Shown here: in pieces, positions 38,425 through 46,727 of the stretch
Layout: each line of letters starts with the position of its first letter
Numbering within the stretch: position 1 is the stretch's first letter
Virus record (IMG/VR): IMGVR_UViG_2757320666_000001
Location: 24,422-88,421 of that record
Reading direction: 5' to 3' (one strand)
Length of the DNA stretch: 64,000 nucleotides
Origin: a virus
Lineage: Duplodnaviria > Caudoviricetes
Position numbers and translations under genes: made by a program
Notes under the pieces: model-generated
Seen by the model: only the letters and a program-made list of their open reading frames with translations
The model's database searches: none
Told to the model about the DNA's origin: nothing

Positions 38425-39513
38425 TTAGAAGGGTAAATCTTCAACTTGTGGCTCTTCTGTATCATCAATAAGATTGATTACAGTTCTTGTTCTTGTAGTG
38501 GGTGCAGGTAATGGATTATTTAAAAGTTGATTTCCTAAAGAAATATTAAATGCTTCTGCTGGAGTTCCAGGATATTCATTGTAAGAATCAGTTGAACTGT
38601 TCAGAAAATTAGAAGGAACAAGTAAACTTTCATTTACTAATCTTCTTGCTTCTTCTATATTAAATGAATTAAGATAATCAGAAGTTATAGGATTAATAGG
38701 GTCAATAGCACCTCTTCTTCTCATTTGAGCTACTAAACCTTCCATTTTCGGAATTTCTTCCCCCCATAAAACTTCATCTTTTTTAACAGGAACAAATTTT
38801 CTTTGTCTATCTTCTAATTTACTACCAATACCAGGATTAAAAGTTTTAAATTGTTCAGGACTTTTAAACATTATGCTACCTACATTATTAATTAAATGAT
38901 TTTGTAATTCATCAATATTATTGAATTTCATTTCAAATTCATTAGAATAAGTAAGATTTTCTATTTTAACAGAAGTAGTAAAAACTACAGGAATATTTAC
39001 TTTATAGGCATCTAATATATATTCTTTTTCTAATTTTTTATAGAAATTTGTATATATAGGATTAGTAACTAATTCTGTTGAAACTAACAATGTTAAATTT
39101 TTAGCATTTTCTTTTGGTATTGTGCTTTTTGAATATCTTGGTTGAAAAGGAAGATTTAATTTATCAGGTTTAGTAGTCAATACCATAAGAATTTCATCTT
39201 TGTCATTAACTATATAACCTTTACCTACATAAATTATGTTTTTTTCTTCTCCTAAACCTAAATTAAAAGCATATAAACCAACACTTTCATTAATCATTTC
39301 AAGAAAATCTCTAATATTAAATTTTCTTGGTCTATTATCAATTTTAAGTAAAGGTTTATGATATAAAATAAAATTTCCTTCCGTAACTCTTTGATAACGA
39401 TTACTTTCTCTTATACAATTAATTATAGGAACAAAATAAGAAGTAACTGATGAACCAATTTTAAATTCATTACCATGAAATTCACTACGATAAGTTTCAG
39501 TTAATTGTAACAT
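38425..39513 (-). CDS. Uncharacterised protein, last gene of the ubiquitin-like cassette
   Basis: 362 aa; ATG 2 nt after the E1 stop; IIYVGKGYIVND...LMVLTT core; low-complexity acidic tail ending DLPF. Confidence 0.55.
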   Translation of the reverse strand: MLQLTETYRSEFHGNEFKIGSSVTSYFVPIINCIRESNRYQRVTEGNFILYHKPLLKIDNRPRKFNIRDFLEMINESVGLYAFNLGLGEEKNIIYVGKGYIVNDKDEILMVLTTKPDKLNLPFQPRYSKSTIPKENAKNLTLLVSTELVTNPIYTNFYKKLEKEYILDAYKVNIPVVFTTSVKIENLTYSNEFEMKFNNIDELQNHLINNVGSIMFKSPEQFKTFNPGIGSKLEDRQRKFVPVKKDEVLWGEEIPKMEGLVAQMRRRGAIDPINPITSDYLNSFNIEEARRLVNESLLVPSNFLNSSTDSYNEYPGTPAEAFNISLGNQLLNNPLPAPTTRTRTVINLIDDTEEPQVEDLPF

Positions 39514-39515
39514 AT

Positions 39516-40202
39516 TTAAAACTTATTAGTGGTTAAAGCTAAAGGAATAAAGAACTCGTAGTAAAAGGGAACATCTCTTACAACTTCTCTTTCATAGATG
39601 TTTGTCATGTGATTTGTGAAAAAAGCAGTCATTAGAGTAGCTATCATAGCTGCTGCATGAGAAGTTTGTTTCATTGTGCAAGGTGCATCTTCAACTTCTT
39701 CATCTGTAAATAATGTTTTTTCATAATCTTCAATTCTGTCTGGAGTTACACAGAAAATTTGCAATTGTTCCATTTCTAATCTACCATCAATTAAAATAGG
39801 TGTTACTGCACAATTTTCAATACTTCTCTTCCAGTTTTCAAACATATTCTTTCTTGCTAACATATTGTCAAAACCAGAAAACATAAAATAATGAGTAGGA
39901 GAGTTTTCATCTATTCTATTATTAAAGCCTGACATTGAATCATTAGCAAATTCCTTGATAATTTCAGATAAAGCAGAAACTTTATGTTTACCTACATCTG
40001 AAAGTCTAAATAATTGACCTCCTGTATTATGTTCTTCAATAATATCAAAGTCATAAACAATTGGTTTAAATCCTGCTCTTGCAAGAAATAATGTAAGCCA
40101 AGAGGAAATTCCTCCTGCTCCACCTACCATTACAGTTTCATTTTCTTTTGGAAACCAAGGGGCATCTTTAAATCTATTATACTGTTGTGTCATTTTTTTC
40201 AA
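39516..40202 (-). CDS. ThiF/MoeB/E1-like adenylating enzyme
   Basis: VMVGGAGGIS nucleotide-binding loop, YDFD..EEHN, GKHKV, GFDN..AR, IDGR, candidate catalytic Cys175 in DAPCTMKQ; N-terminal YNRF. Confidence 0.88.
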   Translation of the reverse strand: MKKMTQQYNRFKDAPWFPKENETVMVGGAGGISSWLTLFLARAGFKPIVYDFDIIEEHNTGGQLFRLSDVGKHKVSALSEIIKEFANDSMSGFNNRIDENSPTHYFMFSGFDNMLARKNMFENWKRSIENCAVTPILIDGRLEMEQLQIFCVTPDRIEDYEKTLFTDEEVEDAPCTMKQTSHAAAMIATLMTAFFTNHMTNIYEREVVRDVPFYYEFFIPLALTTNKF

Positions 40203-41448
40203 ATTCTACAATCATAGCTCTAATAGCTTCGATTGTTACATTAATAAATGGGAATTGCATAATTTCATCTCCTAATAAATCAATTACTACATAAGTATCT
40301 TCAACAAATTCTTCATCAGCAGAATCAGGAAAATGTTTATCATATAAAAATGTATAATTTTCAATAACAGAAGAAGCAATTTGATAAGCATCTACTTCTA
40401 AATCTTCTAATAAACATAAAGCATCTTCAAGAGTTTCATTAGGTTCAATAGGAGTAGTAAACTTCATTAATTCTATGGTAAAAGTATCAATAGGACTTAA
40501 ATCATCTATTTCAGATAAATCATCAAAAGTTTTGATGTCTATCATAGAAGCTATATTTTTTACTTTTTTACCTCTATTAGATAATTTAGTTTCATCAATT
40601 TTATAATGCTTGATTTTATTAGCCAATTTAGCATTTTCCAAATTATTTACTGCTGGTATAGCAGGTGTATTAGGAATCCACTTACCATTAATCCATTTAC
40701 CATTATTAAATCCTGTATTAACAGGTGTATTGTTAGTAGTAGCAGGATAAGTATGAGGAGTAAATTGTTTAATAGGTTTAGGTTTCATAATTTCCTTAAC
40801 TCTATTATCAAATCCTTCTTCAACAATTACTTGTTCAAATGGAGAAATTACTTCACAATCATAAACAAACATTTTATCTTTTTTCAAAGTGATATTTGGT
40901 CTATCTATAATGTATTTTACACCATTTTCATCATTTGCATAATATGGAATTTCTTTAATTTCTTGTTCTAAACTTGCAACAAATGCAATTTTAGCCATAA
41001 AATCCATATAATTATTTACAATTAATGATAAATAAAAATTGTGTGATGGAGAATTATCATTCAATTCAGCCATATCTGTACCAGAAAAGAATACAGCCAT
41101 AGTATTATGACTATGAATATGACCTACATACCAGTCCATTCTTTTTTCATCTTCCATTAGATAATCAAGGTATCTATCATCAAGCTCATATTCTGTATAA
41201 GCTGATGTTCCTTTATCTAATGGTAAAATATCTTCCAATTTTATTTTGAATGTTAGTGGCTCTTTAATACTACCTTCAATAGAGTAGAATAAAGCACCAG
41301 ACCATTCATCTTTGTTTATATTTTTACAAAGGTACTTGATTTTGTTCAGAATCTCTTCTGACATAATTACTGGAAGTTTCAATGTAGTTAATTCCGCTAC
41401 CTCTAACACAGGCTTTGTAAATTTCGGATTCGAGTTGTTTACAGACAT
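40177..41448 (-). CDS. JAB/MPN+ metalloprotease (deubiquitinase-like) with long C-terminal extension
   Basis: E48 (EWSG) and H112-S-H114...S122..D125 (GHIHSHNTMAVFFSGTD) form a complete JAMM motif. Confidence 0.88.
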   Translation of the reverse strand: MSVNNSNPKFTKPVLEVAELTTLKLPVIMSEEILNKIKYLCKNINKDEWSGALFYSIEGSIKEPLTFKIKLEDILPLDKGTSAYTEYELDDRYLDYLMEDEKRMDWYVGHIHSHNTMAVFFSGTDMAELNDNSPSHNFYLSLIVNNYMDFMAKIAFVASLEQEIKEIPYYANDENGVKYIIDRPNITLKKDKMFVYDCEVISPFEQVIVEEGFDNRVKEIMKPKPIKQFTPHTYPATTNNTPVNTGFNNGKWINGKWIPNTPAIPAVNNLENAKLANKIKHYKIDETKLSNRGKKVKNIASMIDIKTFDDLSEIDDLSPIDTFTIELMKFTTPIEPNETLEDALCLLEDLEVDAYQIASSVIENYTFLYDKHFPDSADEEFVEDTYVVIDLLGDEIMQFPFINVTIEAIRAMIVEFEKNDTTV

Positions 41449-42586
41449 AATCTAAAAAATTAGGATAAATTCCATATTCGGAAATATCAATTGTTGTTAT
41501 TTGTTCAATAGGTAATATATTGAAAGATAATTTCTTACCTTGAATATATAGGAAAGGCATCTCACCAGAACCTTGTTCTTTTATTTTATTTGTGATTAAT
41601 TGTGGACCAGAAATCCTTTGTCCCATTTCAGGATATGTGTAAAATTTACCATCACTTCCTTTTTTACAAATAACTTTTGTAACATATTCTTTAAGATTTT
41701 CATTGTTTAAAAAGGCATCTTTTAGAAATTGTGTAAAAACAAAATCTTTTTTAATTTTAAATACACCATCAATATAAACAAAATTAAGAGGTAATTTTTG
41801 AGGTAAAGCTAATTCATAGCTTACATAGCTTAGAAATTTTCTATATATACTCATAATTTCACTTGTAGAAGTAGTAACTCTAATAGCTGCATCTTCTATA
41901 GTTATTTCTCCCATTCTGAAATAAGGACCTCCTTCTAAACTTTCCCAAGCTACAAGTGAATCAATTGTATATAACATCAATTCAAACTTATCTGAATCAA
42001 ATTCAGCAGATAATTCAATATCTAATTCAGATAAATCTTCTGAACCAATACAAAAATTATTTGTTATTAAGCATTCATTAAAACCAGTAATTTTAGAAAT
42101 ACCAGGTAAATGACTATGCATATATCCTCTATTCCATTCATCTTGTAGTAATGTTACTCTTGTTCCTTGTATTCTTTTTGTATAAATACAATTATTATCA
42201 ACACTAAAAGTAACAGGTAAAACAGCAATTAAATCAGTCAATTCTCTTGATTGGTCAGAACTATTTGTAATTTCCAATTTAGGATAATACATAATAAAAC
42301 TTATTTCGTAATAATTTTTATTATCTATTCTTCTATTTGTCAAATGAATATCCCATTTATCTACAAACTTTCTTTCAAAAACAGTAATTAATTCAAATAA
42401 TTGTTCAGTAAAAATAGCATAATTTCTCTTATGTAAAATTTTATATCTATCATCAAAATTATAGTAAATTTTACCTTTATCAATCATTTTTTTTAACCAT
42501 TCTCTATTTCTGGTCAATCCTGATATTCTTGCTGAACTAATACAGTTTTGAAACTTATTAGATGATTTATTATTTTTTAAATCCAT
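41324..42586 (-). CDS. Prokaryotic E2/UBC-like conjugating enzyme (inferred)
   Basis: Beta-strand meander followed by YMHSHLP...FC179IG and WESLEGGPY, analogous to E2 HPN...xCx; lies between the Ubl and JAB genes. Confidence 0.6.
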   Translation of the reverse strand: MDLKNNKSSNKFQNCISSARISGLTRNREWLKKMIDKGKIYYNFDDRYKILHKRNYAIFTEQLFELITVFERKFVDKWDIHLTNRRIDNKNYYEISFIMYYPKLEITNSSDQSRELTDLIAVLPVTFSVDNNCIYTKRIQGTRVTLLQDEWNRGYMHSHLPGISKITGFNECLITNNFCIGSEDLSELDIELSAEFDSDKFELMLYTIDSLVAWESLEGGPYFRMGEITIEDAAIRVTTSTSEIMSIYRKFLSYVSYELALPQKLPLNFVYIDGVFKIKKDFVFTQFLKDAFLNNENLKEYVTKVICKKGSDGKFYTYPEMGQRISGPQLITNKIKEQGSGEMPFLYIQGKKLSFNILPIEQITTIDISEYGIYPNFLDYVCKQLESEIYKACVRGSGINYIETSSNYVRRDSEQNQVPL

Positions 42587-42601
42587 TTTTAAGATAATTA
42601 A

Positions 42602-42633
42602 AAAAACTCCAATTATTTCTAATTGGAGTTTTT
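42602..42633 (-). terminator. Intrinsic terminator between the Ubl and E2-like genes
   Basis: AAAAACTCCAATTA-GAAA-TAATTGGAGTTTTT, 14-bp stem with a T-run on the minus strand. Confidence 0.7.
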
Positions 42634-42657
42634 GTTATAAAGCAATATAAATAAGGA

Positions 42658-43527
42658 TTATCCAAACATTTTAGCTTCAGCAGCTAATCTGTCATCTTCT
42701 TCTTTTTCAAGTCTTGCTTTTTCTTCTTTTTCTTTCTTTTCAGCAGCAAGTTTCTCTTCCTCTTCTTTTTGAGCTTTTTCTCTTGCAATTCTTCTACCTT
42801 CATCTTCAGGAGATTCATCTTTTGAAGCAGCAACAGAAGCTACTACATCAGCAACAGTTGTTACAGTAGCAGTATCATCATTTTCAACTTCTTCTTTTAA
42901 ACCAGGTAAATAGTCATCAAGAATCTCATTTGCTCTATCAGAAACATCTTCATTTTCTGTGTTATCACAAATTTCTTTTAATAAAGTTTCAACTTGTTCA
43001 ACTCTATCAGCATTTGTAATAGTTCTTACAGGAGCAGAAGGAGTTTCTATAACAGTAGCTGTTTCAGTAACTACAGGAGCAACTTCTTCTTTTACCTCTG
43101 CTTTTGCAACACCAGAAGGAGCAACAAAAGTATTTAGTAAACCTCTCAAGATTTCAGTACCTTTTGTGGTATAGTTTTTTTCTTGATTATAGTGAGCATC
43201 TGCTTCTTCTTTAAAAGAAGTAAAATCATCTTTGATAGCAGATTTGATTTCTTTGTAAGATAAACCATCTCCTCTACCACCAGATTTAACTTGTTTAGGT
43301 CTCATAAACACAGTAAAATCTCCTGTTGGTAATACTGCTGCATCATTAACAAGGTCTGTTTTGTTAATATTTTCAGTAGCATGTAACTTATCAAGGTCAT
43401 AACCTTCTCTTTTAATAAGAGATTTCAATTCTCCCCAAGTTGTAGCTTCTGTTTCTAATTTTGCTTTTTTTGCTCCTTTTGTAGCATAAAGAGTAATAAC
43501 TCTTGCTGTAGCTGTTTGTGTACTCAT
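42658..43527 (-). CDS. Ubiquitin-like (beta-grasp) protein precursor: 84-aa Ubl ending VKSGG plus a 205-aa extension
   Basis: RVITLYAT..AKLETEATTWGELKSLI....L....N..DL....AVLP..DFTVFMRPKQVKSGG has the beta-beta-alpha-beta pattern; G83-G84 at 43276-43281. Confidence 0.7.
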   Translation of the reverse strand: MSTQTATARVITLYATKGAKKAKLETEATTWGELKSLIKREGYDLDKLHATENINKTDLVNDAAVLPTGDFTVFMRPKQVKSGGRGDGLSYKEIKSAIKDDFTSFKEEADAHYNQEKNYTTKGTEILRGLLNTFVAPSGVAKAEVKEEVAPVVTETATVIETPSAPVRTITNADRVEQVETLLKEICDNTENEDVSDRANEILDDYLPGLKEEVENDDTATVTTVADVVASVAASKDESPEDEGRRIAREKAQKEEEEKLAAEKKEKEEKARLEKEEDDRLAAEAKMFG

Positions 43528-43545
43528 TTTTTAATTTTTAAAAAT

Positions 43546-44295
43546 TTACCAATTGATTTTGTTTAGAGATTTTTTCTCTAATATTGTATTAACATAACTG
43601 AAATGATTACATCCAAAAAAACCAGCATTAGAAGAATATGCTTCTGCTGCTGGATGTGCTGCTCTTAAAATATAGTTCATATATGGACTATTTGGTACAT
43701 CTTTTATAGTTTCTTTACTATAACCTTTTACATCAAAGAGAGTATTTTTTGGCATATTTGAAATAAACATTTGTGCTTTCTTTCCCCACAACAACCAAAT
43801 ACAAGGATTTGTTGAAGCAATATACCATATAACTTTCTTTGTGAAGTTTTCCCAATATTTAAGATGACTTCCTGCTTTACCTGATTCTACTGTTAAAGCT
43901 GTATTTAGAAGGAATACTCCTTGTTGTTCCCAATGTTCTAAAGTTCTCCATTCAGGATTGTATTCATTAAGAGTATGACTTAATTTTTTATTAACCAAGT
44001 CTTCTTGTTCAATCTCTTTATAAATATTTCTTAAACTTACAGGAAGTTTTACATCTGAATTAACTGCAAAAGCTAATCCATTTGCATTTCCTTTAGTAGG
44101 GTAAGGGTCTTGTCCTAAAATAACAACTTTAATTTCTGAAACAGGTTTCTGGAATACTCTAAAAATGTTTTGTTTTTCTGGGTAATATATAGAAGTAGGT
44201 AATACTTCTTGATTTAATCTTAACATTTCTTCTTGATTAAGTAACCCTGTTAATAAAGGCAACCAAGAAAAATGAATTTTGTCTGTGGGTTTCAT
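43546..44295 (-). CDS. ung: Uracil-DNA glycosylase, family 1
   Basis: VVILGQDPYP, NANGLAF, GVFLLNTALTV, AAHPAA. Confidence 0.9.
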   Translation of the reverse strand: MKPTDKIHFSWLPLLTGLLNQEEMLRLNQEVLPTSIYYPEKQNIFRVFQKPVSEIKVVILGQDPYPTKGNANGLAFAVNSDVKLPVSLRNIYKEIEQEDLVNKKLSHTLNEYNPEWRTLEHWEQQGVFLLNTALTVESGKAGSHLKYWENFTKKVIWYIASTNPCIWLLWGKKAQMFISNMPKNTLFDVKGYSKETIKDVPNSPYMNYILRAAHPAAEAYSSNAGFFGCNHFSYVNTILEKKSLNKINW

Positions 44296-45326
44296 GTGAA
44301 TTTGATTAAGAAATCTTCTAATGATTCTTTTCCTTTTCTATGCAATAAATCAGAAGGGTCTGATATACCAATAACATTTAGTTTTTCTGGTAGCCACAAA
44401 GAATTACATTTATTAGGAAAATAAGAATTAATTAAATTACTGATTTTTTGAGAACTCTCAATCCCTTGAGTATCATTATCAAACCATATAATAACTTTAT
44501 TAAATCTTTTAATTATAGGAATTAAAATTGTAGAATCTGGTATCATACCTTCATTTTGAAACCATATAGCATATTTACCATTATTTATAAGAACTCTCCA
44601 GTCCTTATATGATTTGGTAATAATTAATTGGTTTCCAAAAGGAGGTAATCTATTTAAACCACCAATATCATTTTTTGTACAAGTAGAAATAAATCTTCCT
44701 TTACCTTCTCTATAAGGAAAATAAAGTTTTTTTCTACCATTACTAAAATCTGTATATCCATAGCAAATATCATAACATCTACTACTGAAATCTCCATTTT
44801 TTGAATTTGATAAATGATATTTGTTAATCGCAAAAACTTTATCTTCTATCAAATTTTCTTTGGTTATTCCATATCTATTTTCCCAAAACACACCATCTTT
44901 TTTTAAAAATGGTCTTGAATCAAAATTTAAAATTACTTCTTTCTTTTGAATTATATGTTGGATTCTTTTTTCTGCAACTACATTCTTATTCTTTATTAGT
45001 CTGTTATACACATATTCAAGTGTAAGGTAGAAATTAGAAATTTTAAAGTATTGCTGTACAGCATCAAAACAATCCATAGGTTTATTGATTCTACTGTTAG
45101 CATAATCAATAAATCTTAATTTTCCAGTATGAGATGAAGTTCTTTCAAACCAACAACCTGGATTCCTATCATTTCTAAAAGGAGAAGTAACATAACTATA
45201 TTCTTCTGGTTGAAAACCAAAAACTAATTCAAAAATCTCTTCTTCGGTAACATATTCAAGAATAACATTTTGATTAATAAAACCTCTTCTATCAGCATTG
45301 TCAAGTGTAAAAACATTCTTATTCAT
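44292..45326 (-). CDS. DNA primase (Toprim), crAss-like
   Basis: SPFRNDRNPGCWF N-terminal segment; LIITKSYKD and WFDNDTQG Toprim-like motifs. Confidence 0.75.
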   Translation of the reverse strand: MNKNVFTLDNADRRGFINQNVILEYVTEEEIFELVFGFQPEEYSYVTSPFRNDRNPGCWFERTSSHTGKLRFIDYANSRINKPMDCFDAVQQYFKISNFYLTLEYVYNRLIKNKNVVAEKRIQHIIQKKEVILNFDSRPFLKKDGVFWENRYGITKENLIEDKVFAINKYHLSNSKNGDFSSRCYDICYGYTDFSNGRKKLYFPYREGKGRFISTCTKNDIGGLNRLPPFGNQLIITKSYKDWRVLINNGKYAIWFQNEGMIPDSTILIPIIKRFNKVIIWFDNDTQGIESSQKISNLINSYFPNKCNSLWLPEKLNVIGISDPSDLLHRKGKESLEDFLIKFT

Positions 45327-45345
45327 ATAATATTCTTAAAAGTGG

Positions 45346-45353
45346 CAAATATA
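45346..45353 (-). promoter_or_regulatory. TAnnTTTG -7 element upstream of the primase/UDG/Ubl genes
   Basis: Minus strand TATATTTG about 20 nt before the primase ATG; no clear -33 element. Confidence 0.45.
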
Positions 45354-45381
45354 ATAAAAGAGGTTTATTGTTTAATGATTT

Positions 45382-46140
45382 CTACCAAGTAGATTTTTGA
45401 GCAGCACCATTTCCAGGTTGCATATTAGCTGCTTGAGCTAAAGTGTTATTTGCTGTCTCTTGACCTTCAATTTGTTGATTAGCTTTAAATCCTTCCATGA
45501 AGTTTTTATCTTTGTCAATAGGATGCACTTGACCATTCTGATTTACATAAGTAAGAGAACCATCTTCTGCTTTCTTTTCTAACCAAACACCAGCTTGAGC
45601 AGGACAAGTAAAATAACCACCTGTCATATTTTTAGGTACTTGAAGATAAGTTCTATCTTGACCTTCTGAAATTTGCCATTGATATTCCAAGAATACATCT
45701 ACAGGTTTTGTAGCAAAATCAGCAGGAACAAGAGCTACTAATGATTTAATACCAGCAACAATATCAGCAGGATTGATAGTAGCAACAACAGCATCAATTT
45801 GAGTTTGTGTTACACCTACTGCTTTTAAACAATGTTTAACAACAGCAATTTTCTGACCCATAGAATCAAAGTACAAATCTTCATATCCAGCTTCTCCAGG
45901 ATTTACTTTAGTATTATTTTTACCAAATAAAGCTCCTGTATCTTCATACAATCTTCTTCTGTATTCTTTTTCATCTACTTTGAACCAAATATCTACTGCA
46001 TTTGCTGGACCATTATTTGCTCCACCATCAGTAATAAATTCAAATTTTGAGATAAAACCTTGATTTAAACCAAATTTACCTGATGCTTTACTTTTTAATG
46101 ATTCATCTGTATCATTAACTGCGAAAATGTTTTTTAACAT
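45382..46140 (-). CDS. Putative single-stranded DNA-binding protein
   Basis: 252 aa next to the primase; beta-rich core with aromatic residues and a flexible tail ending in W; inferred from context. Confidence 0.45.
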   Translation of the reverse strand: MLKNIFAVNDTDESLKSKASGKFGLNQGFISKFEFITDGGANNGPANAVDIWFKVDEKEYRRRLYEDTGALFGKNNTKVNPGEAGYEDLYFDSMGQKIAVVKHCLKAVGVTQTQIDAVVATINPADIVAGIKSLVALVPADFATKPVDVFLEYQWQISEGQDRTYLQVPKNMTGGYFTCPAQAGVWLEKKAEDGSLTYVNQNGQVHPIDKDKNFMEGFKANQQIEGQETANNTLAQAANMQPGNGAAQKSTW

Positions 46141-46170
46141 AACTATTTAGAATTTTAAAGGATTAATTAA

Positions 46171-46539
46171 TTACCAAGTACCATTTGCACTTGTAGGAGG
46201 AGCAACAGTTTCTTCTACTGTTTCTGTTTCACCTACAACTACATCATCTTGATTTTCTGATTCAACTGTATCAATTACTTGTTGTACAGCTTCTTCCTCA
46301 ACAAAATCTACTTCTTGATTAGTATTTGCTTCACCATCAGTATCATCAATCAAATTGATAGCAAACTGTTTTTTTGCTTTACGATTTTTTAATTTTGGAT
46401 GTTGCCAAACAGTTGCTTTCATAGCAGCTACAGTTTCTCCAAAATGAGCAGCAATCTCTTCTCTGCTTTTACCTTCATCAAGTAAAGCTAATACTGCTGA
46501 TACAGTAATGTCTTTTTTAACTTCTTGTTCTACTGACAT
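46171..46539 (-). CDS. Hypothetical protein with HTH-like N-terminus and acidic tail
   Basis: MSVEQEVKK...GKSREEIAAHFG; start re-assigned to the ATG at 46539. Confidence 0.5.
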   Translation of the reverse strand: MSVEQEVKKDITVSAVLALLDEGKSREEIAAHFGETVAAMKATVWQHPKLKNRKAKKQFAINLIDDTDGEANTNQEVDFVEEEAVQQVIDTVESENQDDVVVGETETVEETVAPPTSANGTW

Positions 46540-46552
46540 AATATAAATTAAT

Positions 46553-46720
46553 TTAATTTTTGAATGTTTTTTCAAACTCTTTTGCTTCTTGAGCTAATCT
46601 TTTGTTTTCTTCCTCTTCATAAGAAGTTTCTTTTGCTGTTTTAGATAAAAACAACATTAAGATAAAACCTATGTTTAAAAGAATACTAACCACAAGAAAG
46701 AATATTAATAGTTTTTCCAT
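46553..46720 (-). CDS. 55-aa single-pass membrane protein (not in the ORF track)
   Basis: MEKLLIFFLVVSILLNIGFILMLFLSKTAKETSYEEEENKRLAQEAKEFEKTFKN*. Confidence 0.55.
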   Translation of the reverse strand: MEKLLIFFLVVSILLNIGFILMLFLSKTAKETSYEEEENKRLAQEAKEFEKTFKN

Positions 46721-46727
46721 AATATTC

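Noticed and set aside
39516-40202. ThiF as a thiamine or molybdopterin biosynthesis auxiliary gene
   Set aside because: No ThiS/ThiG/MoaD/MoaE genes are present, and the neighbours are JAB, E2-like and Ubl, which points to conjugation.
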